A DNA stretch of 64,000 nucleotides from Octopus sinensis (GCF_006345805.1 NC_043003.1:116436001-116500000), one strand, 5' to 3'. Shown: positions 1-13,210, counted from the stretch's first letter. Numbers and translations: made by a program. The notes: a model not told the origin generated them from the sequence alone.

Positions 1-592
1 AGGTACATATACATACACGTATGCATACCAACGTATATGTACATACACTTACACATACCTATATAAACATACATATACACGCACTCGCGCACTCACACAA
101 ACGCACGCACACATAATGTAGAGGCATTTTGTGTGCATCGCAGATATATTAATGCACAATATTTATGTATCCATGTACAAATATGGGGAGAGTTACATAA
201 ATAAATGCATACAATTATGCATACCAATACATTAATGTAGATAAACAGATGCATGTGTATTTACATATAACCAAATGGAAAAAAAATCCATGAAAATAAT
301 TTTGTCGGCAATTGCATATATCATCTGCGAGCTGGGATGAGTAGCAAGGATATTCGGGTAGCAACAAGCTTGTCTCGGGTTCGGCCCGATGGCATAACAA
401 CTTGGGCACTTGTGTTATTCTTTACTCAAGGGATAAGCAGTGATTGTTAGCGCAACAGAGTAAATGCAAAAAGAAGGAGTCATGGAGGATTATAAGCAAT
501 AACGATATAAGGGTAGCGCCATTGTCAAATATCAATTGACTTCAACAACTGTTTCTTATTCGTAGAGTCGCAAGAATAACTTTTATCCTTTA

Positions 593-1273
593 CTAGCAGT
601 ATCGCCCGGTGATGCTCGGGTTTGTTTCGACCCTTTAGAATTGGAATTTTTGAAAAGCAAAAATTTTGCATTATGTAGCTTGTTATTCTCTTTAAGTGAA
701 CCCGGCTTTGCTCGGGTTTGTTTTGACCCTTTAGAATTGGAATTTTTGAAAAGTAAAAAATTTGCATTATGTAGCTTGTTCTTCTCTTTAAGTGAACCCG
801 GCTTTGCTCGGTTTGTTTTGACCCTTTAGAATTGGAATTTTTGAAAAGTAAAAAATTTGCATTATGTAGCTTGTTCTTCTCTTTAAGTGAACCCGGCTTT
901 GCTCGGGTTTGTTTCGACCCTTTAGAATTGGAATTTTTGAAAACTAAAAACTGTGCATTATGTAGCTTGTTATTCTCTTTAAGGGAACATTTTTCTGGTT
1001 GAAATACACCGTAAAATGGCGACACAGCAGTCAAAACAAATCGTAAAAAATAGGGCTTGTCATAGAAAAAAAGCACCTTTTTGATGTAAATAATTTTTGG
1101 TGTTAACATTGTCCGATTTGAATTTTTTCTTCTACGAAAGGAAGAGCAAGCCTTCTTTTATCACACTCTCAATTTTGGTTAACTTGCGCCGCAGGGTCTC
1201 GGAGAAGATAGTGTTAGTTGAAGGCTACCAAACCTGCCATACACAGACAACTTCAGCTTTATATAGAGAGAGA
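593..1273 (-). mobile_element. Non-autonomous Helitron with a 4x tandem repeat of its subterminal segment
   Basis: Minus strand starts A|TC(TCTCTATATAAAGCTGAAGTTG) at 1273 and ends with hairpin CCCGAGCATCACCGGG followed by CGATACTG-CTAG|T at 593. No TSD; A|T target site. Termini are shared with the copies at 8444, 17985 and 40206. Confidence 0.75.
605..988. repeat. Four tandem copies of a 95-96 bp unit containing the Helitron 3' hairpin
   Basis: CCCGG..TGCTCGG(G)TTTG...CTCTTTAAG.GAA restarts at 605, 701, 797 and 892. Confidence 0.9.
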
Positions 1274-1779
1274 TTTGGAACATACTTCATAATACGCAAC
1301 ACAGCAATGTGTTTCAATTCATTCTCATAAGCTTTTGCGTTGTAAGAACTCTGTATGACGAGTGGCATTTTTCCTATGATCACCTTAATTTAAATCCGCA
1401 CAATGTTGTTTATCCTAAACGTGTTCATATAGCTCTACATGCGTATTGTACGAATGGAACAAAAACTGTGATTCTACCATGTCTCAAGACACGCGCCGAA
1501 TAACAGCAAAATCTCTCTCAATCTCATAAAAGAAACACCTATACAGGTGGTAGATTTGATAGGAGCGATGACAATTTTTATTTCAATCGTACTCCACTCC
1601 ATCGTTTCAAGGGAAGCGATCTATCGCCGTATCACAATGGTGTGCTTTCAAGGCTACGATATTTCATTGGTAGAGTCAACCTGATATCTGACATTTCTGA
1701 AACATAAGGTATGAAAAAAGAATTAAGAAGAAAGTTAGAGCCCTTGGGATAGGTGCACTCAGAAAACTGACGCATCATG

Positions 1780-1781
1780 TG

Positions 1782-1858
<77 letters not shown>

Positions 1859-2024
1859 CATACATACATACATATATACATACATGCATACATAAATATA
1901 TACATACATACATATATACATACATGCATACATACATATATACATACATACATATATACATACATACATATATACATACATACATTCATACATACATACA
2001 TACACACATACATACATACATACA

Positions 2025-2058
<34 letters not shown>

Positions 2059-2105
2059 CATACATACATACATACATACATACATACATACATACATACA
2101 TACAT
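1780..2105. repeat. Compound microsatellite (TA)n(GA)n(TACA)n
   Basis: Read directly. Confidence 0.95.
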
Positions 2106-2814
2106 AGACGTATGCATGAAAGGAAGATATTTCGCTTGACTAGTAACTGTAGTTACAACTCTCACAAATTCATCATAAAAACAGAGACCACTTACTCATT
2201 TTTAGACTTATTGCCACTGAAACACAAAACCTTACAGTATGCACACGCACACATCTACACTCCCACCCAAGACAACATCCTGATTCCCCAAAGCCTACTT
2301 TCTTCTTACTTGGAGAGCACCATCAGCACACGATCCGATGCCATCATAAGAAACTCCACGTTCATGACAGCCATTATCTTTAGGGGATATCATACACATG
2401 TCTCCCGCCCTAGAGGCGTACGTGACCATCAGATAATTTCCCTAGAATCAACAGTTATTTTTTTTTTACAAGGCCCCTCTTTTACTCACCCGGAGCTCTC
2501 AATTGCGAAAACTCTCTCCGTTGATTCTACACATCTTCCATCAAACCACTATATCCATCAATAGAAAGAATGAGCTATCCTGTGATTGCCACCATACTTA
2601 CTTCTGTTTAATGATCTTCAAGCATCTGGCCGTTGACAATCCGGATATGTCACTCTAGACGTAGCTAGCTGTCCCATATACAATCCCTGTCCTACATACT
2701 ACTCACCTTCCTTTGTCACATAACCTCAAACGTAACCCAACAACCCCACCAGTGTGTTTCACAATAAGGATCTCGTGTCGCTAAATAAGGATCGTCCGAA
2801 ACGATCTCTCTCTG

Positions 2815-2930
2815 TGAGAGAGAGAGAGAGAGTGAGAGAGACAGAGAGACAGAGAGAGACAGAGAGACAGTGAGAGACAGAGAGAGAGACAGAGAGAGAG
2901 ACAGAGAGACAGAGAGAGAGACAGAGAGAC

Positions 2931-2983
<53 letters not shown>

Positions 2984-3004
2984 GACAGAGAGACAGAGAG
3001 ACAG
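2815..3004. repeat. (GA)n/(GACA)n microsatellite
   Basis: Read directly. Confidence 0.95.
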
Positions 3005-3118
3005 TTATATTATGGTCGGTATCCTACCTTCGCATTTCCCAATATGTGGGCCTAAAAGAAAACCATATACTTTGTGTAGTTCTGATGGCATCCCTACCAC
3101 GCGACCCGAGCTGACCAG

Positions 3119-3572
3119 GGAAGACCTTCCTTAGGGCCTCAGTCGGTCATGGCTGACCATGGATGATGTCATCCGTACGTTGAGTTGACTATTCAGTTTT
3201 TAAAATGCCTCCTGCGGCTGTAGAGTCCGATGCGAGAGGTCACACCTATACGTTGAACCGGTCAGTTGGCTGTCATTTCTTTTCTGCGGGTTCGGTTTTC
3301 AGCTGCCGCCACCCTCAAATTCTCTTCGCTGGTCTGCAGTTGTTTGTGAAGAGTTCCTCTCCGGCTGGTTCGGTCGGCTGCGAGACCTTCCCAAGAATTG
3401 GTGTTGATGCCAAGTGCCTTCATATCCCTCCTGCTCACGTCCCTGTACCTCAGCTTCGGGCGGCTAATATTTCTCCGCCCTGCGACAAGCTCTCCGAAGA
3501 GGATATCCTTTGGGATCCGACCATCTTCCATACGGCGAACGTGGCCAAGCCAGCGCAGCCGACGTCGTCTTA
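3119..3572 (-). mobile_element. 5'-truncated RTE-clade LINE, 3' end
   Basis: ORF 3262-3585(-) RRRRLRWLGHVRRMEDGRIPKDILFGEL..GRR...RPKLRYRD..RRDMKALGI...WE.LAADR is the typical RTE ORF C-terminus. Flanked by a ~31-bp direct repeat (3088-3118 / 3573-3603). Confidence 0.85.
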
Positions 3573-3754
3573 GCATCCATACCACGTGACCCGAGCTGAC
3601 CAGAAACCATGTAAAATATTTTCATACACTACACTTTGCCTCCGAAAATCTGATGAGATGTGTGTATCGTACTCATCCACGAAACTGTAAGCCATAAGGA
3701 GCTGAGTCAAACAGTTTGTACTTATACATGTATGCATCGATCTTTGGATGCATA

Positions 3755-4100
3755 GATAGACAGATAGATAGATATAGATAGATATAAATATACAAACAGA
3801 TATAAATATAAATATACACACATATATATATACATCAATATATATATATATATATATATAATATATATATATATATATGTATGTATATATGTATATATAT
3901 ATGTGTGTGTGTATATATATATATAGTTATATATGTGTGTGTGTGGGTGGGTGTATGTATATATAAATATATGTGTGCTAATGTGAAAGAGAGAGTGTTT
4001 GCGCATGTATGTTTATAAATATACATTTGCATACATACATGCTTACATAACGATTTATATTTTGTATGCGTGTCGTGGGTGTGTGTGTGCGCGCGCGCGT

Positions 4101-4149
<49 letters not shown>

Positions 4150-4484
4150 CACGAGTAGTCTGTATTTATGGATGTGTTGTCAGCCCAATAATTTAATTCA
4201 TTTGTATTAATATATTCATTGAAAACGCGATTTTAATTTCCAACATATATTCGTATTCCATGTATCATTTTTATTTCTATGTTTGCATTTGTGCATTTGA
4301 CTGTTGAATCATTACACACATATACGTGTCTTCACCGTAAGCTGTACGCCACCGTATTGCAGGAATCCCGTCGACTCACATACTTGTACACACGCTCACA
4401 AATATATATACATATATATACATATATATACACACATATATATATATACACATATATAAATATATACACATATATACACATATA

Positions 4485-4534
<50 letters not shown>

Positions 4535-4548
4535 AAATAGATAGATAG

Positions 4549-4624
<76 letters not shown>

Positions 4625-4641
4625 GGAGGGATGGATGGATG

Positions 4642-4694
<53 letters not shown>

Positions 4695-4817
4695 ACAGGA
4701 AGATAGATAGATAGATAGATAGATACACTGATAGATAAACAGAAAGATAGATAGATAGATAGATATAGATATGCATATACGTGTATATATTCATCTATAT
4801 ATAGTTGTATAAATATA

Positions 4818-4863
<46 letters not shown>

Positions 4864-5192
4864 AATAGACGTGTGCATGTGCGCACGTACGTAAGTATGT
4901 AGATAATTTTTCTGAATGTTTTACGTTTCACACGTTAGAATATGATTTATATGTAGCTGAATGCCTCCATATATGCATCGATGTGTTATTTATATATAAT
5001 TGTCATTTATATATAAACGTATTCAAATTAGATTTTGTAACTCAAACGTGTAGGCTAAAACTTTTCTGTTCCAGTCATACTTACTCGCACAGTCTTACAA
5101 ATATATGTGTGTATGTGTGTCCGTATGCATATAGATATATGTGTGTGCGTATGCATGTATATGTATATATATATATACATGTATATCTATCT

Positions 5193-5251
<59 letters not shown>

Positions 5252-5383
5252 TAGATGTATATATGTATGTATGTATGTATGTATTTATGTGTATGTGTGT
5301 GTATGTATGTGAAGCGAATCCTTTTTAACGATAAAACCATAACTATAGCGTGTACTATATTACGATATAAGTGTTGAAAAAAA

Positions 5384-5463
<80 letters not shown>

Positions 5464-5480
5464 GTGTGAGTGTGTGTGTA
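3755..5480. repeat. Microsatellite cluster (TA)n, (TG)n, (GATA)n with short unique spacers
   Basis: Read directly; accounts for the YIYI/SIYL/CVCV ORFs. Confidence 0.9.
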
Positions 5481-5872
5481 TGCGTAATTACAATTCGTTC
5501 TTATGGATTATTGCACGTTGGAATCTTCTGAATTTTCTCATGATCCCGCCTAGCAACACGCACCAATTTAACAGACGCAATCATAAAGAGAATGGATATC
5601 TCTGTTCTTTTCAGAAGATTACATTTAAATAAGGCTCTCACTTCTTTGGTTATAATTGGAAAATTATTTGCTTCCAGAAGATAGTTGTCTTGTATTTTGT
5701 GGTTGTAGTTCTTACATACCTTTTTTTTTTCTTTTTGTAGTTGTTAATTAAAGTGGATTCTTGATTGAGCATATAACAAGGTTGTATGTTCATTTGGCGT
5801 TATAATCAAAATTCCTCTCGAATATTCATTTCAGAGACGATTGTGTATGCAATTCTAGTTATTCTTATTTAA

Positions 5873-6267
5873 AAGGGGCTAAACATAGAGGGGACAAACA
5901 AGGACAGACAAACGGATTAAGTCGATTACATCCACCCCAGTGCGTAACTGGTACTTAATTTTATCGACCCCGAAAGGATGAAAGGCAAAGTCGACCTCGG
6001 CGGAATTTGAACTCACAACGTAACGCAGACGAAATACCTGTTTCTTTACCACCCACAAGGGGCTAAACACAGAGGGGACAAACAAGGACAGACATAGGTA
6101 TTAAGTCAATTACATCGACCCCAGTGCGTAACTGGTACTTAATTTATCGACCCCGAAAGGATGAAAGGCAAAGTCGACCTCGGCGGAATTTGAACTCACA
6201 ACGTAACGCAGACGAAATACCGCTAAGTATTTCGCCGGCGTGCTAACGTTTCTACCAGCTCGCCGCC
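5873..6267 (-). mobile_element. tRNA-derived SINE family A with duplicated body
   Basis: Head GGCGGCGAGCTGGTAGAAACGTTAGCA (A box), GAGTTCAAATTCC (B box) and body GCCTTTCATCCTTTCGGGGTCGATAAA. The body occurs twice. Confidence 0.85.
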
Positions 6268-6530
6268 TTTGTTCATACAATACCGTACGCATAAGCAGTG
6301 AAAGAAAGCTAGGCACCAAATATCACAACAAACCAAATTATTGTTTAGAATTTTGCTATTATTACTGCAGCAACTTATTTTGAAATAAGATAGTTATCAG
6401 ATCTTCGATCGGTCTTCGAGAATTCACGATCAAATCTTAGATATTTTCCTATCGTTTCCTACTATCGCTTTTTATCGTCTAAAAATTTATATGAACTATG
6501 TGGAACCAATTGTTTCAATATTATGGAAAG

Positions 6531-6843
6531 TGGAGGCACATGGCCTGGTGGTTAGAGCAGCGGACAAGCGGTCGAGGGATCGCAGGTTCGAATCTCAGAC
6601 CGGTCGATGTGTGTGTTTATGAGCGAAAACACCTAAGCTCCACGCGGCTCCGGCAGAAGGTAATGGCGAACTTCTGCTGACTCTTTTGCCACAACTTTCT
6701 CCAACTCCTTCCTCCTGCATCTTGCAGCTCACCTGCGACGGACCGGCGTCCCGTCCAGGTGGGGAAGCTATACGCCAAGAAACCGGGAAACTGGCCCTTA
6801 TGAGCCAGGCATGGCTCGAGAAGGAACAAATAAATAAAAATAA
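6531..6843 (+). mobile_element. tRNA-derived SINE family D
   Basis: A box TGGCCTGGTGG, B box GGTTCGAATC, A-rich tail. 14-bp TSD AATATTATGGAAAG at 6517-6530 and 6844-6857. Confidence 0.9.
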
Positions 6844-7430
6844 AATATTATGGAAAGATACACGACTCTATGAACAAAACACTATAATAATAATGGCAGG
6901 AAAGATAATAATTAAAACAGGAAGTGCTTTTGATAACTCTTTCTTGCCGTCTGCGCACAATATAGATAAACCTATTTCATGCCCAAAACTTTGTGTTACT
7001 GCACAATATTAGAAATATTCTTCATACAACACTCACAGTATTAAAGACTATTTTTAATGTTGTTAGTGGCGTTTTACGGATGACTGCAGTTCTATCAGTA
7101 ATTATGAGATTCAGGGAAAATTGGTTCAGGAACCGTCCTTTACTGTCCTAACAACCAAAATGCACAGCGCTCACTTTTCTGAATTATAGTGAAATTGTAC
7201 AATACTAACCTTTTCATAACAGGATGGTATGATGAGATACACAAAAATATTAGCTTCGAAGACATCACAATACTGGGAACATTAGTAAATGTTTAGGAAA
7301 AGACCGAATATATCAAATACTCAAAATAATGCATGCGTACAAATACACATATGTATCAAACACGTTAATAACCGTTAACATCGGAGACTGTTACCAAGTA
7401 AGATGCTCCTCAATAGCTGTTGGGATTCAA

Positions 7431-8013
7431 GGCGGCGAGTTGGCAGAAAGTTAGCATGCCGGGCGAAATGCTTAGTGGTATTTCGTCTGCTGCTCTGTTC
7501 TGAGTTCAAATTCCGCCGAGGTCGACTTTGCCTTTCATCCTTTCGAGGTCGATTAAATAAGTACCAGTTACGCACTAGGGTCGATATAATCGACTTAATC
7601 CGTTTGTCTGTCCTTGTTTGTCCTCTCTGTGCTTAGCCCCTTGTGGGTAGTAAAGATATAGGTATTTCGTCTGACTTTACGTTCTGCTTTCAAATTCCGC
7701 CGAGGTCGACTTTGCCTTTCATCCTTTCGGGGTTGATTAAATAAGTACCAGTTACGCACTGGTGTCGATATAATCGACTTAATCCGTCTGTCTGTCCTTT
7801 TTTGTTTTCTCTGTGTTTAGCCCCTTGTGGGTAGTAAAGGAATAGGTATTTCGTCTGACTTTATGTTCTGAGTTCAAATTCCGCCGAGGTCGACTTTGCC
7901 TTTCATCATTCCGGGGTCGATAAATTAAGAACCAGTTGCATACTGGGGTCAATCAAATCGAATGGCTCCCGTCCCAAAAATTTCGAGCCTTGTGTCTAGA
8001 GTAGAAAAGAATA
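7431..8013 (+). mobile_element. SINE family A with three tandem bodies
   Basis: One head at 7431. GTATTTCGTCTG...CAAATTCCGCCGAGGTCGACTTTGCCTTTCATC occurs three times; the last body has a different tail. Confidence 0.85.
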
Positions 8014-8443
8014 TCTATTGGTATTCAGATAGTAGAGATAACATGAGAAATGATGCAACTTGATCTTGACCTGTGTCCTAATCTCCCGACACAAACTCAC
8101 GCTCGCATAAGTTAACAATCTAATGTCAATAATTACATCCTTCTTTTACCTTGTACACGTCCAAAATATATTCCTATGTAGTTATACTCTCCCTATATAT
8201 ATACCACACGCTCACGTGGTCGCACATGTTGATCCTGTCATTTCTTACCAACGGACTCTTTATCTACTCTTTATCTACCACTTACGGATTTGTTTGAATA
8301 CTTACACTCCGGCTGCACCTCCCCTACATACGGATCATTGTGGACTCTACTCTTGATGAGAAATCCTTGCAATACACCACGACTTCAAAAAACCTTTGAA
8401 CTTTACGTAAAACTGTTATTATTGTCATTACTTTATTTTCATA

Positions 8444-8825
8444 CTAGCAGTATCGCCCGGCGTTGCTCGGGTTTGTAAGGGAAGTAACTATATAAGCATT
8501 TTTAGAGAGTTATAGCCCAAAAATAGCAAAAGAATGCATTAAAAATGGAAAAAAATTATGGTAAATTTTTTTTAATCGTTGACTCATCGTAGACATTTTT
8601 AGAGAGTTACTTCCCTTATATAATAGCGAAAAATGCATTAAAATGGAAAAAATGATGGTAAATTATTTTTAAAATCGTAGACGCGCGCTAATACCCAGAA
8701 GGGCTCGATATGAATCACGACTATAAGATACCCGGTTTTGGTTAAACTGCACCGCAAAATGTGGGAGTAGTTAGGAATCTAAATCGTAGGAGACAAACAC
8801 ACAACTTCACTTTTATATATAAAGA
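8444..8825 (-). mobile_element. Non-autonomous Helitron (~380 bp)
   Basis: A|TCTTTATATATAAAAGTGAAG ... CCCGAGCAACGCCGGG-CGATACTG-CTAG|T on the minus strand; near-identical to 17985-18378. Confidence 0.85.
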
Positions 8826-8864
8826 TTTATTTTTATACTTTCTAAACTTTCCTGTAACCACTAC

Positions 8865-9030
8865 ACACATTTTTTTCTCTCCTTGTTTTTTCTGTGTCCC
8901 TCTCTGTAGAAGAGCGTAGGCTCGAAACGTAAAAGACTTTTTCTATTCCTGAGCGTTATACTAATACATCTGTTTGTTGTTTAGACACCTATCTTCGTCT
9001 TTGTTTTTTTTTATCGTAAGTTCTCCCTTT
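8865..9030 (+). mobile_element. Penelope-like terminal repeat remnant with a degenerate hammerhead motif
   Basis: CTGTAGA-A-GAGC(GTAG)GCTC-GAAA-CGTA at 8904-8931, with the conserved core A6 replaced by T. Related to 60560-60740; its tail recurs inverted near 61755-61800. Confidence 0.5.
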
Positions 9031-9357
9031 ATATTCTCAATACATCCATTAATGAAAAGAAAATGAGAACTTCCAGCGTCTTCTTTGCCGGACTGGCCGA
9101 TGACTATGGTCACTTGACGATACTCTAAGACTACGTTTACTTAAAGCTTTAAAAATCGCAGTGTAAGAATTGCAGGAAGAATAAAAATCACCAATACCAT
9201 ATTCTTCGACATACAAACGACAGTACCTATATCCCATGCATATTTAGAGATGTATATTTAATATCTCATAATCCAACACGCAATACTCAGAGTTTGTTAG
9301 AGACAAGAAAGAGTCAACCTCAAAACCAGAAACAACCTGAAACACTATACACTAAAC

Positions 9358-9558
9358 CAGTGTTTTTCAACCAGGGTTCGGTCAGTACAGTCCAGGGGTT
9401 CCGCAAGAAGTTACAAAACTGCTAAAATCGGCAGTAATTTTTAATTCTCCTGTGCAGATATGTGTGTATAAGACTATTAAATCATTGAACAGGGGTTCCT
9501 CGAGCCAGTGGAATGATTCCTTGGGGTTCCACTCCAGCAAAAAGTTTGAAAAGCACTA
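9358..9558. mobile_element. hAT-type MITE
   Basis: TIRs CAGTGTTTTTCAA / TTGAAAAGCACTA. Perfect 8-bp TSD CACTAAAC at 9350-9357 and 9559-9566. Confidence 0.85.
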
Positions 9559-9734
9559 CACTAAACCAACACAAACCGATGCCTATTACAAGAGATTTCC
9601 AAAACAAGAGATTAACAAAACTTAAAGGTGGGGATAACAGGCAAGCTTTTGTACCAAATACATAATTGAAAACAGCGGCAAAACGCTGTAGGGAATTATT
9701 AGTAAATGCACACAATGCAACTTTAATCAGACTT

Positions 9735-10110
9735 AGACACAGATGTGTTTGGGTGGTAAGAGGTTTGCTTCCCGACCACATGGTTTCGGTTTCAGTCCCA
9801 CTGCGTGACACCTTGGGCAAGGGACTTCGATTATAGCCTCGGGCAGACCAAAGCATCGTGAGTGGATTGGAGAGATGAAAAATGAAAGAAGCCCATCGTA
9901 TACGTATGTATGTCTGTGTGTATGCACGCGCTTGTATGTGATTTGTATTTGTGTTTGTACCTCAGTACCGCTCGACAAACAGTGATTGTGTGTTTGTGTC
10001 TCCGTGACTTAGCGGTTCGACAAGAGAGTCTTATAGAATAAGTATCAGGCCTTAGATAAATATAATAGGTCGATTCGTTCGGCTAAAATTCCTCAGTCAA
10101 GTGAAACAAT
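9735..10110 (+). mobile_element. Diverged CORE-like SINE family B
   Basis: CACCTTGGGCAAG..GTGAGTGGATT..CTTAGCGGTTCG..AGAATAAGTA matches 37870-38303. Confidence 0.75.
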
Positions 10111-10629
10111 TAACAGACAAAATATTTTATGCTAATACTCAAAATTCGGGCACTAAATCCCAAAACATAAAGACGGTGAGAGGAAGCGAAGAATATGCCC
10201 CATTTGCGCCTCATTCGGAAACGTGATCGCCTTCACCCGAACTTCCAAATCATGATAATGTAATCCACAAACCCAATAGGAACAGGGTTAGTTAAGGCCG
10301 CAAACATTCACAGATTAATTTTAGGTTTTAATACAACCACCGCAGTTACTAGCCAAGAACTTTTAATTATTTAATACTCCACCTTTCATGGTTAGAGAAA
10401 TTCTTTCCTAAATGGCTGGTTTTCATTAAGTGTTTCTATAATTAAAGTCAATAAATTATAAAATGTTACGAGCGAGTGACCTTAGAAATGTGTTCGTTAT
10501 TTATTAACGAATACAAACATTTGTTGCGACTTGGAAAAATATCAACTGCCTGAAATTTTAAATTATTGGGTATTGGTATACTTGGTATTGTCAACCAATA
10601 TTCTGAATTAATTCAAATTACACCCTCAA

Positions 10630-10630
<1 letters not shown>

Positions 10631-10662
<32 letters not shown>

Positions 10663-10696
10663 GGCAGCAGCGGCAGCAGCAGCAGGCAGCAGCAGC

Positions 10697-10747
<51 letters not shown>

Positions 10748-10934
10748 GGTGGTGGTGGCGGTGGTGGTGGTGGTGGCGGTGGTGGTGGTTGTAGTAGTAG
10801 TAGAAGTAGTAGTGGTAGTAGTTGTAGTAGTGGTAGTTTTGGTGGTGGTGGTGGTAGTGGTAGTAGTAGAAGTAGTAGTAGTAGTAGTTGTAGTAGTGGT
10901 GGTGGTGGTGGTGGTGGTTGTAGTAGTAGTAGTG

Positions 10935-10984
<50 letters not shown>

Positions 10985-11013
10985 TGTAGTAGTAGTAGTA
11001 GTAGTAGTAGTAG
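10631..11013. repeat. Trinucleotide array (CAG)n-(TAG/TGG)n
   Basis: Read directly; source of the poly-Q/poly-V ORF. Confidence 0.95.
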
Positions 11014-12532
11014 TCGTTCAGTCAGATGCATCTCGATGCTATGTCGAATGCTTTAAAATGTTGCTGATTGAAGGCGGATTACGTATATTTGTTCATCTTC
11101 CAAACTGGATAAGCGTGAATAATATGTGCAGCGCAGCAGATATAAGATCAACGTTTCACTCACAGAGTTGTGCCTGCTTTAGAAACAAACAGCTGTTGAA
11201 ATCTAAAGATTTTCTTCTTTTTTTTTTTTTTTGCTTTTTCTGTTCTTTTTTTTTTTTTTCGTTTTTGGCTCTGAAAAAGAACATCTTTTCACTTTCTGTA
11301 AATACATTGACAGGTTAACAATAAACTACATACATCAGTAGGTAGCCGAGCATATCAATAGTTGCTGGGTTAGAAAGGTTACGAGAGAATGTTCTTGGTG
11401 AGTATTTGATAACCTTGAGCATTTGTATGCATGTCATCGGCCTTCATTCAATAGCTTGCGAAGGTGTGGTAGTAAACGGCTGGATTTAGTTCTTATACCA
11501 ACACTAACAAAAATAGCAGTAGCATCTCGCAGAACAAGATGGAACTAAATATCAATAATATAAATCATATTAATTCTGCTCAGTAACTAAATGCCACCAG
11601 TATTAATAGACCACTATTTTCGTCCAAACAAAAAAAGTATGTTTCAAGATATATAGATGGGAAAATATTTCAAATATATTGATATGTATGTGTGTCTGTG
11701 TGTCTGTGTATATGTTTGAGTGTGGTGGGGGTGTATGTATGTAAGTGTATATATCTGTATGCATGTATACGCATGCATACATGAATCTATCTCTGATTTT
11801 CTCATTATGAAGACTGCCCCGAATTAATGCAAAAGTGGGCATAACGCTTTTGTTGACTGGAATTTCTCTGTCAACTTGGTCATTTTCGTAGAGTAATTCT
11901 TCCTCGAATACAGACTCCAACGCCAACGATTCATTGTCCCAGTATTGAATCCAGCCCTTTGTATCAATTTATGCAGTACCAGCTTCAGCTGTCACCAACT
12001 CGTTGCCCAAGAAGACTGAACCAAATAGACTGAAGCCAGTTGGCACCAGATTCGGGTTCTACATCGGTCCAGCCAATTTACCGATTATCTGACGCGATAC
12101 CAAAACGTGTGTTCACTCTAGTTCTCCTTCGTCAATAACTCAATGATTATCAAATTATATTAACAAACTCCCCTAACTGGATATGTAAAACCACCAAACC
12201 TTTTAAGTTTTAAACAATAATCAATAACTAATTATCTTAATCATTTTCATAATACTTAGGTAAATAAAAATCAATTTTTACACTACAAAAAAAACAGGGT
12301 ATCTAATTCTAGTTTATTCTCAAAATTCCAAAGTACTAACAATAAAGAAAAACAAAAAAAAAACGAATCAATTCTAAAAATTTTACCAAAAAAACAACTA
12401 TAAAATGTTCTTTTACAAAAATTCACATCTTACTTTACTTTAAACCAAAACCTTTTAATCTTAATCGTCGCTCCTACTTGGAGCCCTTAATTTTCTTCTA
12501 ATGAATAAAAGAATGAAATGTTATTATTAAAT

Positions 12533-12770
12533 GGGCGAGCTGGCAGAAACGTTAGCAGGCCGGGCGAAATGCATAGCCATATTTCGTCTGTCGTTACATT
12601 CTGAGTTCAAATTTCGCGGAGGTCGACTTTGCCTTTCATCCTTTCGGGGTCGATAAACTAAGTACCAATAACGCTTACGCACTGGGGTCGATGTAATCGA
12701 TTTAATACCTATGTCTGCCCTTGTTTGTCCCCTCTATGTTTAGCCCCTTGTGGGTAATAAAGAAATAGGT
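12533..12770 (+). mobile_element. SINE family A
   Basis: Full head, body and AAAGAAATAGG tail as in the other copies. Confidence 0.9.
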
Positions 12771-13171
12771 ATTATAGGGGTAGAGTCATTCTAACACGTC
12801 CAAATTAAAAGATCTTTGTCAGATTTCAGAAATAATCTTTGTGTGTTTTATTTTCTGTGTGTGTGTGAGTGTGCGCTTGTGCCTAGGTATATGTTTGTTA
12901 ATATAATTATTAGACGTCGTTTGCTTAAATGGCGGTGTATGTGACACAAGCGGTCAAGTGGTTTCGGGTATATGACAATTTTTCCCCTTACTGAAAAAGT
13001 GTGATAGTGTAGTCAAACCACCAATGATTCGCACAGAAAAGATTCATTTAAACCGGTTTACGTACTTTTTACCGTTTCATCGAAAATGTTAACCTTTATG
13101 TATCCCCGGTGAAAGAAAACTGCACATATACATATACCACATATATATAATTTAATCCATAAATCATATAT

Positions 13172-13210
<39 letters not shown>

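Noticed and set aside
525-1109. 194-aa ORF with internal repeats
   Set aside because: Translation of the 96-bp tandem repeat inside a non-autonomous Helitron.
10566-11318. 250-aa poly-Q/poly-V ORF
   Set aside because: Read-through of a trinucleotide microsatellite.
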